Positions 9,689 through 20,479 of a stretch of DNA of 64,000 bases are shown in pieces. Under the pieces are notes generated by a model. The model saw nothing but the letters and a program-made list of their open reading frames with translations, had not been told where the DNA came from and made no database searches. The DNA is taken from the NCBI GenBank assembly GCA_036444275.1, contig JAZGAD010000010.1:1-64000 (forward strand). Reading direction: 5' to 3'. Within the stretch, counting starts at the first letter, position 1; every line of letters begins with the position of its first letter. Both the position numbers and the translations under genes were made by a program. Source of the DNA: Candidatus Hydrothermarchaeales archaeon (GTDB lineage: Archaea; Hydrothermarchaeota; Hydrothermarchaeia; Hydrothermarchaeales; JAZGAD01).

Positions 9689-10039
9689 ATGGATGTAAGG
9701 ACCAGCTTCGTGATAGCTATTGGGATACTGCTTTTCACGATGTACTACCTAGAGAAAGAAATGGAGAAGGAGCAGATATTTTGGCTCTTCTCAGGATTAG
9801 GAGTTGCTTTTGGACTGGCTTCTGTTTACACAGTGGCAAAAAATATAGCCTCTTATGAGAACTACATAACATTCGCCGTTCTCTTCGTCTTGATGGCCAT
9901 CTTCTATTACGAGGGGGAAGAGGAAAAAGGAGAGGCAAAGGCTAAGGAAGCTGAAGAGGCAGAGGGTAAGCATAAAGGTAAGCATAAAGGTAAGCATAAG
10001 CGCAGGAAGGCGGGCAAGAAAAAGTGGTCCCATGTATAG
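9689..10039 (+). CDS. Small membrane protein with charged C-terminal tail
   Basis: Three TM segments, then an acidic stretch and a (GKHK)3 basic tail; GGAGG RBS. Confidence 0.7.
   Translation: MDVRTSFVIAIGILLFTMYYLEKEMEKEQIFWLFSGLGVAFGLASVYTVAKNIASYENYITFAVLFVLMAIFYYEGEEEKGEAKAKEAEEAEGKHKGKHKGKHKRRKAGKKKWSHV
9965..10000 (+). repeat. In-frame 12-bp tandem repeat x3
   Basis: GGTAAGCATAAA, GGTAAGCATAAA, GGTAAGCATAAG. Confidence 0.9.
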
Positions 10040-11276
10040 GCTCACCGAAGAAGGCTGCAAGTACCTAAGGGAAGGTCTTCCCGAAAAAAGACTCGCCCTC
10101 CTCTTAAAGGAACCCTTAGAGCTAAGAGAAGCTCAGGAGAAGATAGATAATTTCTCTATAGCACTGCAGTGGTGCAAGAAGAAGGGCTGGGTGCGATTAG
10201 AAGAGGGGAAGCTTCACCTAGTTAAAGAGCTTGAAGTAATTCCTGAGGAAGATGCTCTGAAGCAGGTCCACGAAGGGGGCGAGGTAGGGGAAGAAGTGCT
10301 TTCCATCCTTCTAAGTAGGGGTTTGGTGGAGGAAGTAAGAGAGGACATGCTAAAGAGGGCAAAGAAGCTGGTTGGCAAAGAAATCACCATACTGCCCGAG
10401 GAGCTCATAAGGACCGGTTTGTGGAACAAGGTAAAGTTCAAGCCCTATAATGTGGAGGTGCCCGGAAAGCGCATCTACTCCGGGAAGAGGCAACCCTATC
10501 AACACTTCATTGGAAAGATAAAGAGAAAGCTTGTTGAGCTAGGCTTCAAGGAGATGGCTGGACCGCTGGTGGAGACTGAATTCTGGAACTTCGACGCACT
10601 ATACCAGCCTCAGAACCACCCAGCACGGGACTGGACGAGTACCTACCAGCTTAAGTTTCCAAAGCAGGGAGCACTTCCAAGCGGGGAGGTGGTAGAACGC
10701 GTAAAGGCTACCCACGAAGATGGATGGACAACAGGTTCAACGGGATGGAGATATAGATGGGATCCGGCAAAGGCCATGCGCCTCATGCCCAGAGCTCATG
10801 GGACTTGCCTATCTGCTAGGACCCTTGCTTCTGAACCAGAGATCCCTGGGAAGTACTTCGCCATAGCACGCTGCTATCGTCCAGATATGCTTGACGCTAC
10901 ACACCTCATCGAGTTTAACCAGATTGAAGGTATAGTGATCGACGAGTCTTTGAACATGAAAAACCTCCTAGGCATCTTGGAGATCTTCGCAAAAGAAATA
11001 GCAGGGGCAGAGAAAGTCAAATTCTTCCCTGATTACTATCCCTTTACTGAACCCTCAGTGCAACTGTCTGCTCTGCACCCAGAGTTGGGTTGGATGGAGT
11101 TCGGTGGCTCGGGCATATTTAGAGAGGAATTAACTAAGCCACTCGGTGTTAGCGTACCTGTGATAGCTTGGGGTATAGGCATAGATCGCCTGGCCATGTT
11201 CAAGCTTGGGATAAAGGACATACGCGATCTCTTCACTCAGGATTTAAAGTGGCTTAGGGAGAGCAAGGTGGTATAA
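10032..11276 (+). CDS. pheS: Phenylalanyl-tRNA synthetase alpha subunit
   Basis: [38 protein letters not shown] and [11 protein letters not shown] motifs. Confidence 0.97.
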   Translation: MYRLTEEGCKYLREGLPEKRLALLLKEPLELREAQEKIDNFSIALQWCKKKGWVRLEEGKLHLVKELEVIPEEDALKQVHEGGEVGEEVLSILLSRGLVEEVREDMLKRAKKLVGKEITILPEELIRTGLWNKVKFKPYNVEVPGKRIYSGKRQPYQHFIGKIKRKLVELGFKEMAGPLVETEFWNFDALYQPQNHPARDWTSTYQLKFPKQGALPSGEVVERVKATHEDGWTTGSTGWRYRWDPAKAMRLMPRAHGTCLSARTLASEPEIPGKYFAIARCYRPDMLDATHLIEFNQIEGIVIDESLNMKNLLGILEIFAKEIAGAEKVKFFPDYYPFTEPSVQLSALHPELGWMEFGGSGIFREELTKPLGVSVPVIAWGIGIDRLAMFKLGIKDIRDLFTQDLKWLRESKVV

Positions 11277-12941
11277 GTGCCCAAAGTGGAATTTTCTCTT
11301 CAAGACCTGAATGAATTGCTAAAGGAGCTTTCACCCAGTGAATTGGAAGAGAGGGGGATCCTCTTCGCCAAGGGCGAAATAGAGTCGCTGGAGGGCAACC
11401 TGGTCAAGGTGGACATCAAGGATACCAACCGCCCTGATCTCTGGAGCGTTGAGGGCATAGCCAGGGAGCTTAGGGGGCACTACGGCATAGAAAAAGGTCT
11501 CCCTGTGTTCGAGGTAAGGAGTTCAGGCATAGAGATGCGCATCGATAGGAAGGTGGAAAGGGTCAGGCCCAAGGCTGTTGCTGCTGTTGTCAAGGGGCTC
11601 AGCTTCAATGATGATAGCATAAAGCAGATGATACAGCTGCAGGAGAAGGTCACTCAGAACTATGGGCGGAATAGGAGCCTAGTCGCTATAGGCGTTTATG
11701 ATTGGGCTACACTCAAGCCGCCTATCAGGTACACGACTGTCGCACCAGATGCTATACGTTTCATGCCTCTAGACTTTGAGGAAGAGCTCACCCCCAGGGA
11801 GATCCTTGAGAGGCACCCGAAGGGCAGAGAATTTGGACATTTGATAGAAGGATTCGAGGAATATCCCTTGATGATTGATTCTGAGGACAACGTGCTCTCA
11901 ATACCGCCTATAATAAACTCTGCCTACACGGGCAAGGTAACAGAGGCAACGAGAGACGTGTTCATAGAGGTTACGGGTCACGAAGTAGATAGGATATCTG
12001 TAGCACTAAACATACTGGTGGCTGCCCTATCGGATAGAGGCGGCAGAATAGAGAGTGTTGAGGTAGTATACCCAGAGACGAGGATCGTCACCCCGGATTT
12101 CACCCCTGGGAAGATAACCCTGGATACAGAGGAGTGCAGGAGGATACTGGGGTTAGAGCTGGAGCAGGAGGAAATGATAGAGCTCTTGGAGAGGGCGCGG
12201 TATAGAGCAGTAATAAAGGACGGCAATATCGTAGTGGAATATCCAGGCTACCGTAGGGATATAATGCACCAGCGCGACGTGATGGAGGACATAGCGATCG
12301 CCTATGACTTGAACCGTATACCGCCAGAGCCACCTGAGCTGAGCACTACCGGTAAAGTAAATGAGAAGGAGGATTTTGCAGACTTGCTAAGGGTGCTTAT
12401 GGTCGGCTTGGGCTTTCAGGAAGTACTCACTTTTTCTTTGACCAGTAAAGAGAACCTGTTTGAGAGGATGAATGTCGCAGAGGATAGGGTGTGCGAGATA
12501 GCGAATCCCATTAGCTCTACTTGGACTGCTTTACGAAACTGGCTCCTCCCAAGCGTTGTGGAATTCTTAGCCAATAACCTGCACGTGGAGTATCCCCAGT
12601 GCGTCTTCGAGGTGGGCGACATAGTAGAGATAGACGAAGGCGAGGAGACGAGGACGAGGAACGTAAAGAAATTAGCTTGCGCCATAACATCTGGAGAAGC
12701 AGGCTATGAGGAGGCATCATCAGTGCTGGATGCTCTTTTTAGAAATCTCGGCTTGGACTACGTGCTGAAGAGATCAAAGCACGGGAGCTTCATCTCTGGA
12801 AGGGTTGCTGAAATCTTCCTGGAGAAAGAGTCCATTGGGATTATAGGAGAGATCCATCCGCAGGTGCTGAATAACTGGGGCTTGGAAAAACCTGTAGTTG
12901 CTTTTGAGTTGAGCTTGGAGCCTTTGATGAAGAGGTTCTGA
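11277..12941 (+). CDS. pheT: Phenylalanyl-tRNA synthetase beta subunit
   Basis: [38 protein letters not shown] and GEIHPQVL motifs; adjacent to pheS. Confidence 0.97.
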   Translation: MPKVEFSLQDLNELLKELSPSELEERGILFAKGEIESLEGNLVKVDIKDTNRPDLWSVEGIARELRGHYGIEKGLPVFEVRSSGIEMRIDRKVERVRPKAVAAVVKGLSFNDDSIKQMIQLQEKVTQNYGRNRSLVAIGVYDWATLKPPIRYTTVAPDAIRFMPLDFEEELTPREILERHPKGREFGHLIEGFEEYPLMIDSEDNVLSIPPIINSAYTGKVTEATRDVFIEVTGHEVDRISVALNILVAALSDRGGRIESVEVVYPETRIVTPDFTPGKITLDTEECRRILGLELEQEEMIELLERARYRAVIKDGNIVVEYPGYRRDIMHQRDVMEDIAIAYDLNRIPPEPPELSTTGKVNEKEDFADLLRVLMVGLGFQEVLTFSLTSKENLFERMNVAEDRVCEIANPISSTWTALRNWLLPSVVEFLANNLHVEYPQCVFEVGDIVEIDEGEETRTRNVKKLACAITSGEAGYEEASSVLDALFRNLGLDYVLKRSKHGSFISGRVAEIFLEKESIGIIGEIHPQVLNNWGLEKPVVAFELSLEPLMKRF

Positions 12942-13001
12942 GAGTATGGTAGGCTTTGCTCTGCAATAATTGCTCCATAAAGTCTTTAGCACCCTCTGAA
13001 T

Positions 13002-14258
13002 ATGCCAGACAAATACTTTTTTAATAACCATCTACTTAGTAGGCATATGGATTTTTACCAGGGCTTAGTGACCAATATCCACGACTTTGGGGGCGATATA
13101 GAGGCCAAAAGGAAGTGCCTAGTCGAGATGGCTGAGGAAAGGCCGATTTCCTTGGTGCTACCCATGCTCTACCGGGAGATAGAGGGCAAGGCCCTTCACA
13201 AGATCGTCAGGGACCTAAACACTTGCGACTACGTGAGCCAGGTGTTGATACCTCTAACTGCAAAGAACAGTAGCGAATACAGAAATGTTCTAAAGTTCTT
13301 TGATCGTCTTAAGCTGCCGCACCTTGTGTTATGGTGCAATGGAAAGAGGGTCATGGGGGTACTAGATAATCTCACAGAGGAGGGTATCGATGTGAGAAAC
13401 ATCCTTGGGAAAGGGAGAGATACGTGGATAGCTCTTGGCGTCGCCAGTCTAGATTCCTATGCCATAGCTCTTCACGACGCTGATATCCTCACGTATACCC
13501 CGGATTATCCTGTAAAGCTTCTCTATCCTATAATCGACCCTGATCTGGATTTCATCTTTAACAAGGCGTACTACGCTAGGATAGGTGACGGCGAGAGACG
13601 GATGTACGGACGCGTATTGAGGTTATTCCTTCTTCCACTCTTAAAGGCCCTTCAGAAGAAGGTACGATACCAGTCGAGGTTTCTCAGATATCTGCGGTCC
13701 TTTAGGTATGCTCTATCTGGAGAATTCGCTCTCACCAGCGACCTGGCATTGAACATAAGCATTCCAGGAGATTGGGGCCTGGAAATAGGGATCCTCACTG
13801 AGGTGTATAGAAGTGCCGCTGTGAAGAGAATCTGTCAGACTGACCTGGGGTTCCATGAGCACAAACACCAGAAGATAGGCACGTCGCCTAGTAGGGGCCT
13901 GCTCAAGATGGCAGGTGATATAGAAAAATCTCTACTGAGGTCGCTTACTGAAATGGAGGGTATAGACATATCCGAGGCATTCCTCCTCAGCCTTCAAGTC
14001 CTATACAGGCGCTTGGCCCAGGAGGACATCTACAGGTACAGTGCAGATGCACAGTTCAACGACATCATGTACGACAGACACATGGAGGAGAGCGCTGTGG
14101 ACACATTCAGCAATGCTATTCTAAAAGCTGGTCGGGAATACGTAAAGAACCCCTTCGGTACCATTGTCCCCAGCTGGATAAGGGTCACATCGGCTATGCC
14201 CGGAATTAGGAACCGGTTGAAGGAAGCTGCATTGGTAGATGCTGATAAACTTGGCTAG
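13002..14258 (+). CDS. gpgS: Glucosyl-3-phosphoglycerate synthase-like glycosyltransferase (true start probably 13047, MDFYQG)
   Basis: MDFYQG..T.IHD, GKGRDTW, ALHDADI, KAYYAR..GRV.RLF, FRYALSGEF, DWGLEIG and HKHQ match the long GpgS family. Confidence 0.75.
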   Translation: MPDKYFFNNHLLSRHMDFYQGLVTNIHDFGGDIEAKRKCLVEMAEERPISLVLPMLYREIEGKALHKIVRDLNTCDYVSQVLIPLTAKNSSEYRNVLKFFDRLKLPHLVLWCNGKRVMGVLDNLTEEGIDVRNILGKGRDTWIALGVASLDSYAIALHDADILTYTPDYPVKLLYPIIDPDLDFIFNKAYYARIGDGERRMYGRVLRLFLLPLLKALQKKVRYQSRFLRYLRSFRYALSGEFALTSDLALNISIPGDWGLEIGILTEVYRSAAVKRICQTDLGFHEHKHQKIGTSPSRGLLKMAGDIEKSLLRSLTEMEGIDISEAFLLSLQVLYRRLAQEDIYRYSADAQFNDIMYDRHMEESAVDTFSNAILKAGREYVKNPFGTIVPSWIRVTSAMPGIRNRLKEAALVDADKLG

Positions 14259-14376
14259 GGTCTTTTTCTATTATTTCATCACAGTTTTAACGAAATTGAG
14301 GGTAGTGAAGATAATTCCTATAAGAATAAAATGCATCCCAGATTATTTCATTTCTTTCCGCATCTAAAGTTGCGTG

Positions 14377-15597
14377 TTATACACTGTTGGGATTTTGGCT
14401 TCTTATTAGTTCTTCTGAAAGTTGAATGAACTCTTTTGCCATACGCTTCTTATCAAACATTTCTTCGACTCTCTTTCTTCCATTCTCACCAAACTCTTTC
14501 GCAAGACTTTGATTGGAGAGAAGTTCAAGGATACGATCTGCTAACTCTACAGGCAACCTATCCTCATTCCGATTAATTAAAAATCCTGTTTTGCTGTGAA
14601 CTACAGACTCTACCATCCCACCAGAGCGTGTGACTATAACCGGATTCCCGCAGGCCATTCCCTCAACCGGGCCAAGCCCGAATGGTTCGTTCCCAATGGT
14701 CGTGTAGATTAAAATATCACAAAGAGAAACGATTTTAGGAATATCGTGATGGGTATAATCACTTATATGGATATTTTCTCCAAGATTGTTATCCTGAATA
14801 AATTTATCTATTTCCAAGTCATATCTTGCCAATTCGTCCATATCCTTAAAAATCCTCTTCTTCCGTCCAGTCAGGACCATTAGCGCTCGAGGAAATTTTT
14901 TTATTACGATGGGCATGGACTTAATTGCCGATAATATTCCTTTCCGGGGTAGAAATCTTGCATTGTTAAGAATTACTTCCCTGCCCTCAAAACCGTATTT
15001 TTTCTTTAATTTTTCCTTTTCTTCCTTTGTGCGAGGAGTAAATAGATCAAGATTTATGCCATGCATTATTACAGTCCATTTATCGCTTGGGATATTAGGT
15101 TTTTTTGAACCCAATGAGTTCTTCATATACTTACTAATTGTAACAAGTCTATCCCAGGAAATTTTTTCAATTATTTGCCACATAATATCCATTGATCGAT
15201 CTTTAAAGACATCATTATGGAGAACCAAATAGCAAGGGATGCCTCTTTCAGCGCATGCATCTTTTAATGCTCTTGAGAGATCGTAGAAATCCATATGGAG
15301 GTTATGAGCCTGTACTAGATTTATTCCCTGATCGTCTAAAAATTTATCAAACATTTGTTTTGAGGTATCATAAATATTTTCAAACCCTTCAATAATAGAG
15401 GGAACCATTTCATCAACGCGTATAACATTTACTCCCTCTACAACTTCAATGCTTGGAGTTCCTTCACAGCTCCCGCAGAGAACATGCACCTCTGCTCCTT
15501 GTCTCACCATTTCTGGGCATATGGTCAAAAGATGCGTCTCAACTCCACCAATAACGGGAGGAAATGCCCAGTGAATAACCCCAACTTTTAATTTTAT
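14377..15597 (-). CDS. GT4 (GT-B) glycosyltransferase; frame extends upstream of the called ORF to an ATA codon
   Basis: EPFGLGPVEGMACG.PVI..SGG and ARFLPRKG motifs. The frame continues 5' as (I)KLKVGVIHWAFPPVIGGVETHLLT up to an in-frame TGA. Confidence 0.85.
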   Translation of the reverse strand: MKLKVGVIHWAFPPVIGGVETHLLTICPEMVRQGAEVHVLCGSCEGTPSIEVVEGVNVIRVDEMVPSIIEGFENIYDTSKQMFDKFLDDQGINLVQAHNLHMDFYDLSRALKDACAERGIPCYLVLHNDVFKDRSMDIMWQIIEKISWDRLVTISKYMKNSLGSKKPNIPSDKWTVIMHGINLDLFTPRTKEEKEKLKKKYGFEGREVILNNARFLPRKGILSAIKSMPIVIKKFPRALMVLTGRKKRIFKDMDELARYDLEIDKFIQDNNLGENIHISDYTHHDIPKIVSLCDILIYTTIGNEPFGLGPVEGMACGNPVIVTRSGGMVESVVHSKTGFLINRNEDRLPVELADRILELLSNQSLAKEFGENGRKRVEEMFDKKRMAKEFIQLSEELIRSQNPNSV

Positions 15598-15664
15598 ATT
15601 TTCTCAGCTCCAACGTTAGAGTACGTCACCGATTATTATGTTTATGACCTATATTATACCTTGG

Positions 15665-15871
15665 TAGGATGGGCTTCTCATATTTGGGGTGAAGGAGGCG
15701 TTGAGGAGCCTTGACATCAGAAGGAGCTACAAAGTCCTAAGGCACTGGATCCAGCGTCTTGGGGTCCTGCGCTAAAGGCTATTTCGAAAAGGGCGAGGCC
15801 AGCATAGCAGTGGCGAACGAGACCAAGTCAAGATAGACTGGAGGTGGTCAAAATCTAAAGTTGACACCACC
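15665..15871 (+). pseudogene. Degenerate IS6-like transposase remnant
   Basis: Broken frames give VKEALRSLDIRRSYKVLRHWIQRLG...AVANETK/VKIDWRW, resembling the IS6 N-terminal HTH and the first DDE Asp region (xDETxxKI). Confidence 0.45.
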
Positions 15872-15920
15872 GAGATGATACCGAAAAGTTATATCTAAGG
15901 CCGCCTAGAGTCTAGAGTAT

Positions 15921-17084
15921 ATGGCCAAGGATATACTGGTGGGCATACCGGCAATAAACGAAGAGGCGACTATAATCCATGTTTTGAATACTGTAGCTGA
16001 GGGCTTAAGCGACAACTTTCCCGAGTACAAGTCCATCATATTTGTGGCAGATGGTGGTTCCACAGATAGAACTGTGCGGCTGGCAGAGTCTTTTAGGGAT
16101 AGGTTTAACATAAAAAAGGTTGTGGAAAGGTCTAAGGGAATAGGAAAGGGCGAGGCTGTCCTCAGGATCATGAAGATGGCTCGCGCGATGAAGGCGAGCA
16201 TGGTTGCGATTATAGACAGCGACTTGCTGAGCATCCAACCTTCTTGGGTGGACTTTCTCCTTAGACCCTTGGCCTTCGGCATGGCTGATTTCACAACTCC
16301 CAGATATATCCGAGACAAGCATGACGGCGGTATAACCAAGCACCTGAGCTATCCAATGATAACCGCCCTATTCGGCAAGGAGATCAGACAACCCATGGGT
16401 GGGGAATTCGGCATGAGCCTAGGTCTGGTCAAGAAGTGCCTTAAAAACCCTTTTTTCCCCAAGGATTTCGGCATTGACACATTCATGACGTCAGTGGCCC
16501 TTGCTAATAATTATAGGATCCATGATGTCCCCTTGGGACCAAAGTTCCATGAGTCCACCCAGAAATACCTAGCGCCGGAGAATCACCTCTTACCCATGTT
16601 CGAACAGGTGTGTACAGCCCTTTTTAACATGATGAAGTACTACGAGAGTAACTGGAGGTCCAGGGTTATAACAGTAGGGCGCACACGACCTAGGAGGATT
16701 AACAGGTATAAAGGGGCACTGCCAACGCCTACCAAAGTAGATCCCGAGTGCTTCTATAAAGCGGCGGTGATGAGGATAGACGAGTACGAGGAAGCCATGA
16801 AAGAGACATTTGGAAAGAGTGGATCAGACACAGTGAAGAGCATGGTGGAAAGCAAGACTATGCCCTCTGAGTTCTGGATCGAGAGCATTTTTAGATGCGC
16901 TGCTCACTATAAGAAGACGATGTCTCCAGATACCGTAAAGGTCTTAGCAGGGTTGTGGCTGACGAGATATGCAAATTTTGTTGAGGAGACTAAAAACATG
17001 AATCTCTACGGGACGGAAGTATTGGTGTACGATCAGATGCTATCATTTCTGAATAAAAGGGACTATCTTTTGAGCATATACTGA
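15921..17084 (+). CDS. GT-A glycosyltransferase, glucosylglycerate/mannosylglycerate synthase-like
   Basis: ILVGIPAINEEATI, DGGSTDRT, GKG, DSDL, P.Y.R.K.DG.IT....YP....LFG..IRQP.GGEF and FGID motifs. Confidence 0.7.
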   Translation: MAKDILVGIPAINEEATIIHVLNTVAEGLSDNFPEYKSIIFVADGGSTDRTVRLAESFRDRFNIKKVVERSKGIGKGEAVLRIMKMARAMKASMVAIIDSDLLSIQPSWVDFLLRPLAFGMADFTTPRYIRDKHDGGITKHLSYPMITALFGKEIRQPMGGEFGMSLGLVKKCLKNPFFPKDFGIDTFMTSVALANNYRIHDVPLGPKFHESTQKYLAPENHLLPMFEQVCTALFNMMKYYESNWRSRVITVGRTRPRRINRYKGALPTPTKVDPECFYKAAVMRIDEYEEAMKETFGKSGSDTVKSMVESKTMPSEFWIESIFRCAAHYKKTMSPDTVKVLAGLWLTRYANFVEETKNMNLYGTEVLVYDQMLSFLNKRDYLLSIY

Positions 17085-17130
17085 CTATTTCTGATATAAA
17101 CAAAGTCATTACAAGAGGCTGGATGATAAA

Positions 17131-17781
17131 ATGAACAATGACAAATTGAAGCTGGCTGCCTTCGACATAGACGGCACATTATTAGAAGGGCGGAGTATCT
17201 TCCACTTAGGCAGGAGCTTTGGCTTCTTAAAAGAGGCTGAAGAACTCATCTACAGTAGCCTCCCCTTATACAAGGTCAGCGAGGGGCTTGCCAAGCTCAT
17301 GAGGGGTATATCCCTTGAAGATGCCCTAGAGGTCGTTAAGCGCATTCCTCTCATGAATGGGGCTGAGTATACCATTGCCGAGCTTAGATGCAGGGGGTAC
17401 AAGCTGGTGATTATAACAGATAGTTACGACTTCGTCGCTGCGTACTTCAAAAGGCTGCTAAAGATGGACGCTACTTCCTCTAACAAACTATTGGAAGAGG
17501 ACAAGGTCTTTACCGGAGAGCTTATTATGCCTAGGGGCTGCACGAGCGAGGAAGAGTGCAATTATCCTTCAGTATGCAAGCAAGCGGCTCTCCTAGGCTT
17601 CATGAAACAGTATGGGGTCTCTAAGAAGAACACAATTGCTGTAGGGGACAATAAGCCAGACCTATGCATGCTTCAAGAGGCTGGCATGGGCATAGCCTTC
17701 AACCCAAAGGTTCCAGAGCTGGAGAAAGCGGATGTGGTTATAAGGGAAAAGGATATGAGAAGAATCCTGGATTATATATGA
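17131..17781 (+). CDS. HAD-IB phosphatase (SerB-like)
   Basis: FDIDGTL, ITDS, K and AVGDNKPDLCML..AG.GIAFN motifs. Confidence 0.85.
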   Translation: MNNDKLKLAAFDIDGTLLEGRSIFHLGRSFGFLKEAEELIYSSLPLYKVSEGLAKLMRGISLEDALEVVKRIPLMNGAEYTIAELRCRGYKLVIITDSYDFVAAYFKRLLKMDATSSNKLLEEDKVFTGELIMPRGCTSEEECNYPSVCKQAALLGFMKQYGVSKKNTIAVGDNKPDLCMLQEAGMGIAFNPKVPELEKADVVIREKDMRRILDYI

Positions 17782-17808
17782 GATGAGGCCGCTAAGCCGC
17801 TGAGTAAA

Positions 17809-19176
17809 ATGTTTGGAGCTATTAAGAACCGGAAAGAGCTCATAGATACAGGTGTGTCTGAAGCCGATAAAAAGGCAAGACGATTAACCATTGAAATTCT
17901 AGAAGCTGGCCTGAAGGCCGCAGATCCACGAAAAGCCGTGAAAAAGGTGCTGTCTGTTAGAGATGAGAACCTCGTCGTAAAAGGCAAGGCTTTCAGCCTG
18001 CACGATGTGGATAGAATATACGTCGTTGGCGCTGGAAAGGCCAGTGGCGCAATGGCAGAGGCGGTAGAACAGGTTTTGGGGCGGAGAATTACTGGGGGTT
18101 ATGTGAATATATTGAAAGGCACCTCTGACATGTTCAAAGTCAGCAAGGTAGTCCTAAACGAGGCGAGCCATCCAATACCTGACGAAAACGGCGTTAGGGG
18201 TACTAAGAAAATCCTGCGTTTAGTCGAGAACACTGGCAACCGCGATCTAGTTTTGGTCCTTATATCCGGAGGGGCGTCTGCCTTGATGCCCTTGCCTGCA
18301 GAAGGTCTTTCCATGAAGGACAAGCAGAGAGCAACGAACCTGCTCCTGCAGTCTGGGGCAGTTATTGAAGAGATAAACGTGGTTAGAAAACATCTGTCAG
18401 GGGTTAAAGGCGGGCAGCTTGCTAGGGCCATTTATCCTGCACGTTGTATCGGGCTTTTGCTATCTGACGTTGTCGGCGATGACATAAGCACCATAGGCTC
18501 AGGTCCAACCGCTCCAGATAAAAGTACTTATGGCGATGCCTTCAACGTGCTTAAAGGCTACGACCTAGTAGAAGGCTTACTTCGTATCGCCCAGCACCTT
18601 GAAAAAGGTATGAAGGGTTTAATTCCAGAGACGCCGAAACCAGATGATGAGAGTTTTACTGCTACGGAGAACTTCATCATAGGCAGCAACGAGGCAACGC
18701 TAAAAGAAATGGCACTACGAGCAGGGGAGTTGGGGCTTAAAGCAAAAATACTGGATGCTCAAATGACCGGGGAGGCCAAAGAGGCAGGGCGTAAATTCGC
18801 TGAACAGATAAACTTGTGGTCAGCGTCTGGGGGTGGTACTGCCTTATTGCAAGGTGGAGAGACCACTGTGACGGTTAAGGGCGCAGGAAAAGGAGGCAGG
18901 AATCAAGAGTTCGTGCTGGGTGCCCTCTTATCTCTCCGGGAGAAAGGCGTTGCCATTGCGTCTATGGGTACCGATGGGGTAGATGGCTCAAGTGATGCTG
19001 CTGGTGCTATCATTGACGGAAACTCGCAGCGAATGGGAAGAAGAATGAGCCTAGATGCAGAGAGATACCTAGTCAAGAACGACTCAAACACCTATTTTTC
19101 TTTGCTGAAAGAATGTATTGTCACAGGGCCAACCGGTACAAACGTCAATGATATAGTAGTTGGTGTCGTGGTATGA
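17809..19176 (+). CDS. gck: Glycerate 2-kinase (MOFRL/class II)
   Basis: GAGKAS, HPIPD, LISGGASAL, RKHLSGVKGG, SDVVGD, GGETTV, GGRNQE, GTDGVDG and TGPTGTNVND motifs. Confidence 0.92.
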   Translation: MFGAIKNRKELIDTGVSEADKKARRLTIEILEAGLKAADPRKAVKKVLSVRDENLVVKGKAFSLHDVDRIYVVGAGKASGAMAEAVEQVLGRRITGGYVNILKGTSDMFKVSKVVLNEASHPIPDENGVRGTKKILRLVENTGNRDLVLVLISGGASALMPLPAEGLSMKDKQRATNLLLQSGAVIEEINVVRKHLSGVKGGQLARAIYPARCIGLLLSDVVGDDISTIGSGPTAPDKSTYGDAFNVLKGYDLVEGLLRIAQHLEKGMKGLIPETPKPDDESFTATENFIIGSNEATLKEMALRAGELGLKAKILDAQMTGEAKEAGRKFAEQINLWSASGGGTALLQGGETTVTVKGAGKGGRNQEFVLGALLSLREKGVAIASMGTDGVDGSSDAAGAIIDGNSQRMGRRMSLDAERYLVKNDSNTYFSLLKECIVTGPTGTNVNDIVVGVVV

Positions 19177-19277
19177 CAAAAAAACCGATGCCATAGGCAA
19201 GTCGTAGAAGTACAGCAGATACTGCATATACCTGCAAAATGTTTAAATTAACTCATGCTTAAGGAAGGACCGAGAAA

Positions 19278-20468
19278 ATGTTCGTTAGCTTGTATAATTT
19301 TTTGGATGATGTAAGAGGCGGCTTCCACTTCGGCGAGGTGAAGATGAATGATACTACGCTGCGTGATGGTGAACAGACGCCAGGTGTAGTATTCTCCTTA
19401 GACGAGAAGGTCGAGATAGCCCGTTTACTGGATGGAATAGGTGTGCAGCAGATAGAGGCAGGAACGCCGGCGATGTCCCCCGAGGAGGAGAATGCAGTAG
19501 CCTCTGTAGCCAAGGAGGGCCTAAATGCTAGCACCATGGGCTGGGCGCGTGCTGTTCAAAGCGATGTTGATGCTGTCCTTAGAACAGACGCAGATGCCAT
19601 CGCAATATCCATCGCAACGTCTGATATCCACCTCCAGTACAAGCTGAAGATGACCCGGGAGGAGATACTTGACAGAGCGACGCAGATGGTGGAGTACGCT
19701 AAGGACCATGGCTTATACATATCCTTGAATTCTGAAGACGCTACTAGGACTGACTTTGCATTCCTCAAGGAATTCGGTCTTAAGGGTAAGGAAGCCGGCG
19801 CCGACAGGCTCAGGGTATGCGATACTCTTGGCGTATTGATTCCTGCTTCAAGCAAATACCTCGTAGCTAAGGTCTTAGAAGAGATCAAGATTCCTGTGGA
19901 GATTCATGCCCACAACGATTATGGTTTAGGAGTTGCCAATGCATTAGCGGCCTTTGAAGCTGGAGCAGAGTGGGCGTCCACTACGGTAAACGGTCTCGGT
20001 GAGAGGGCCGGTAATTCCTCGCTGGAGGGGATCATCATGAGCCTGTTGAAGCTGTATAACTTGGACGTGCCCTTCAATATAAACAAGCTCTTCGAGATAT
20101 CCCGCTACGTAGAGAAGGCAAGTGGCATCCCGGTGCCTGTGAATAGAAGCGTTGTTGGCAGCCACATGTTCACTCATGAGTCAGGTATTCATGTGGATGG
20201 GGTACTAAAATTCCCCTACACCTATGAGTCCTTTTTACCTGATGAGATAGGTGCGAGTAGGCGTATAGTAATAGGTAAGCACTCAGGGAAGCACGCAGTG
20301 TGGGACAAGCTTACGGAGTTGGGTATAGACACAGATAAGGAGCAGCTCATCGCCATCCTGGAAGCTGTGAAGCAGTCTAGTATGGAGCGCAAGAGTGCTC
20401 TAACAGATGCCGAGCTAAAGAAGATAGCTTTGGGGATCATAGGGAAGGCCGAGAAGATACAGAATTAG
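19278..20468 (+). CDS. LeuA-family acyltransferase without regulatory domain (homocitrate synthase / Re-citrate synthase)
   Basis: [36 protein letters not shown] and GKHSG; 396 aa; upstream of mdh and aconitase. Confidence 0.85.
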   Translation: MFVSLYNFLDDVRGGFHFGEVKMNDTTLRDGEQTPGVVFSLDEKVEIARLLDGIGVQQIEAGTPAMSPEEENAVASVAKEGLNASTMGWARAVQSDVDAVLRTDADAIAISIATSDIHLQYKLKMTREEILDRATQMVEYAKDHGLYISLNSEDATRTDFAFLKEFGLKGKEAGADRLRVCDTLGVLIPASSKYLVAKVLEEIKIPVEIHAHNDYGLGVANALAAFEAGAEWASTTVNGLGERAGNSSLEGIIMSLLKLYNLDVPFNINKLFEISRYVEKASGIPVPVNRSVVGSHMFTHESGIHVDGVLKFPYTYESFLPDEIGASRRIVIGKHSGKHAVWDKLTELGIDTDKEQLIAILEAVKQSSMERKSALTDAELKKIALGIIGKAEKIQN

Positions 20469-20479
20469 CCTGCATTGTT

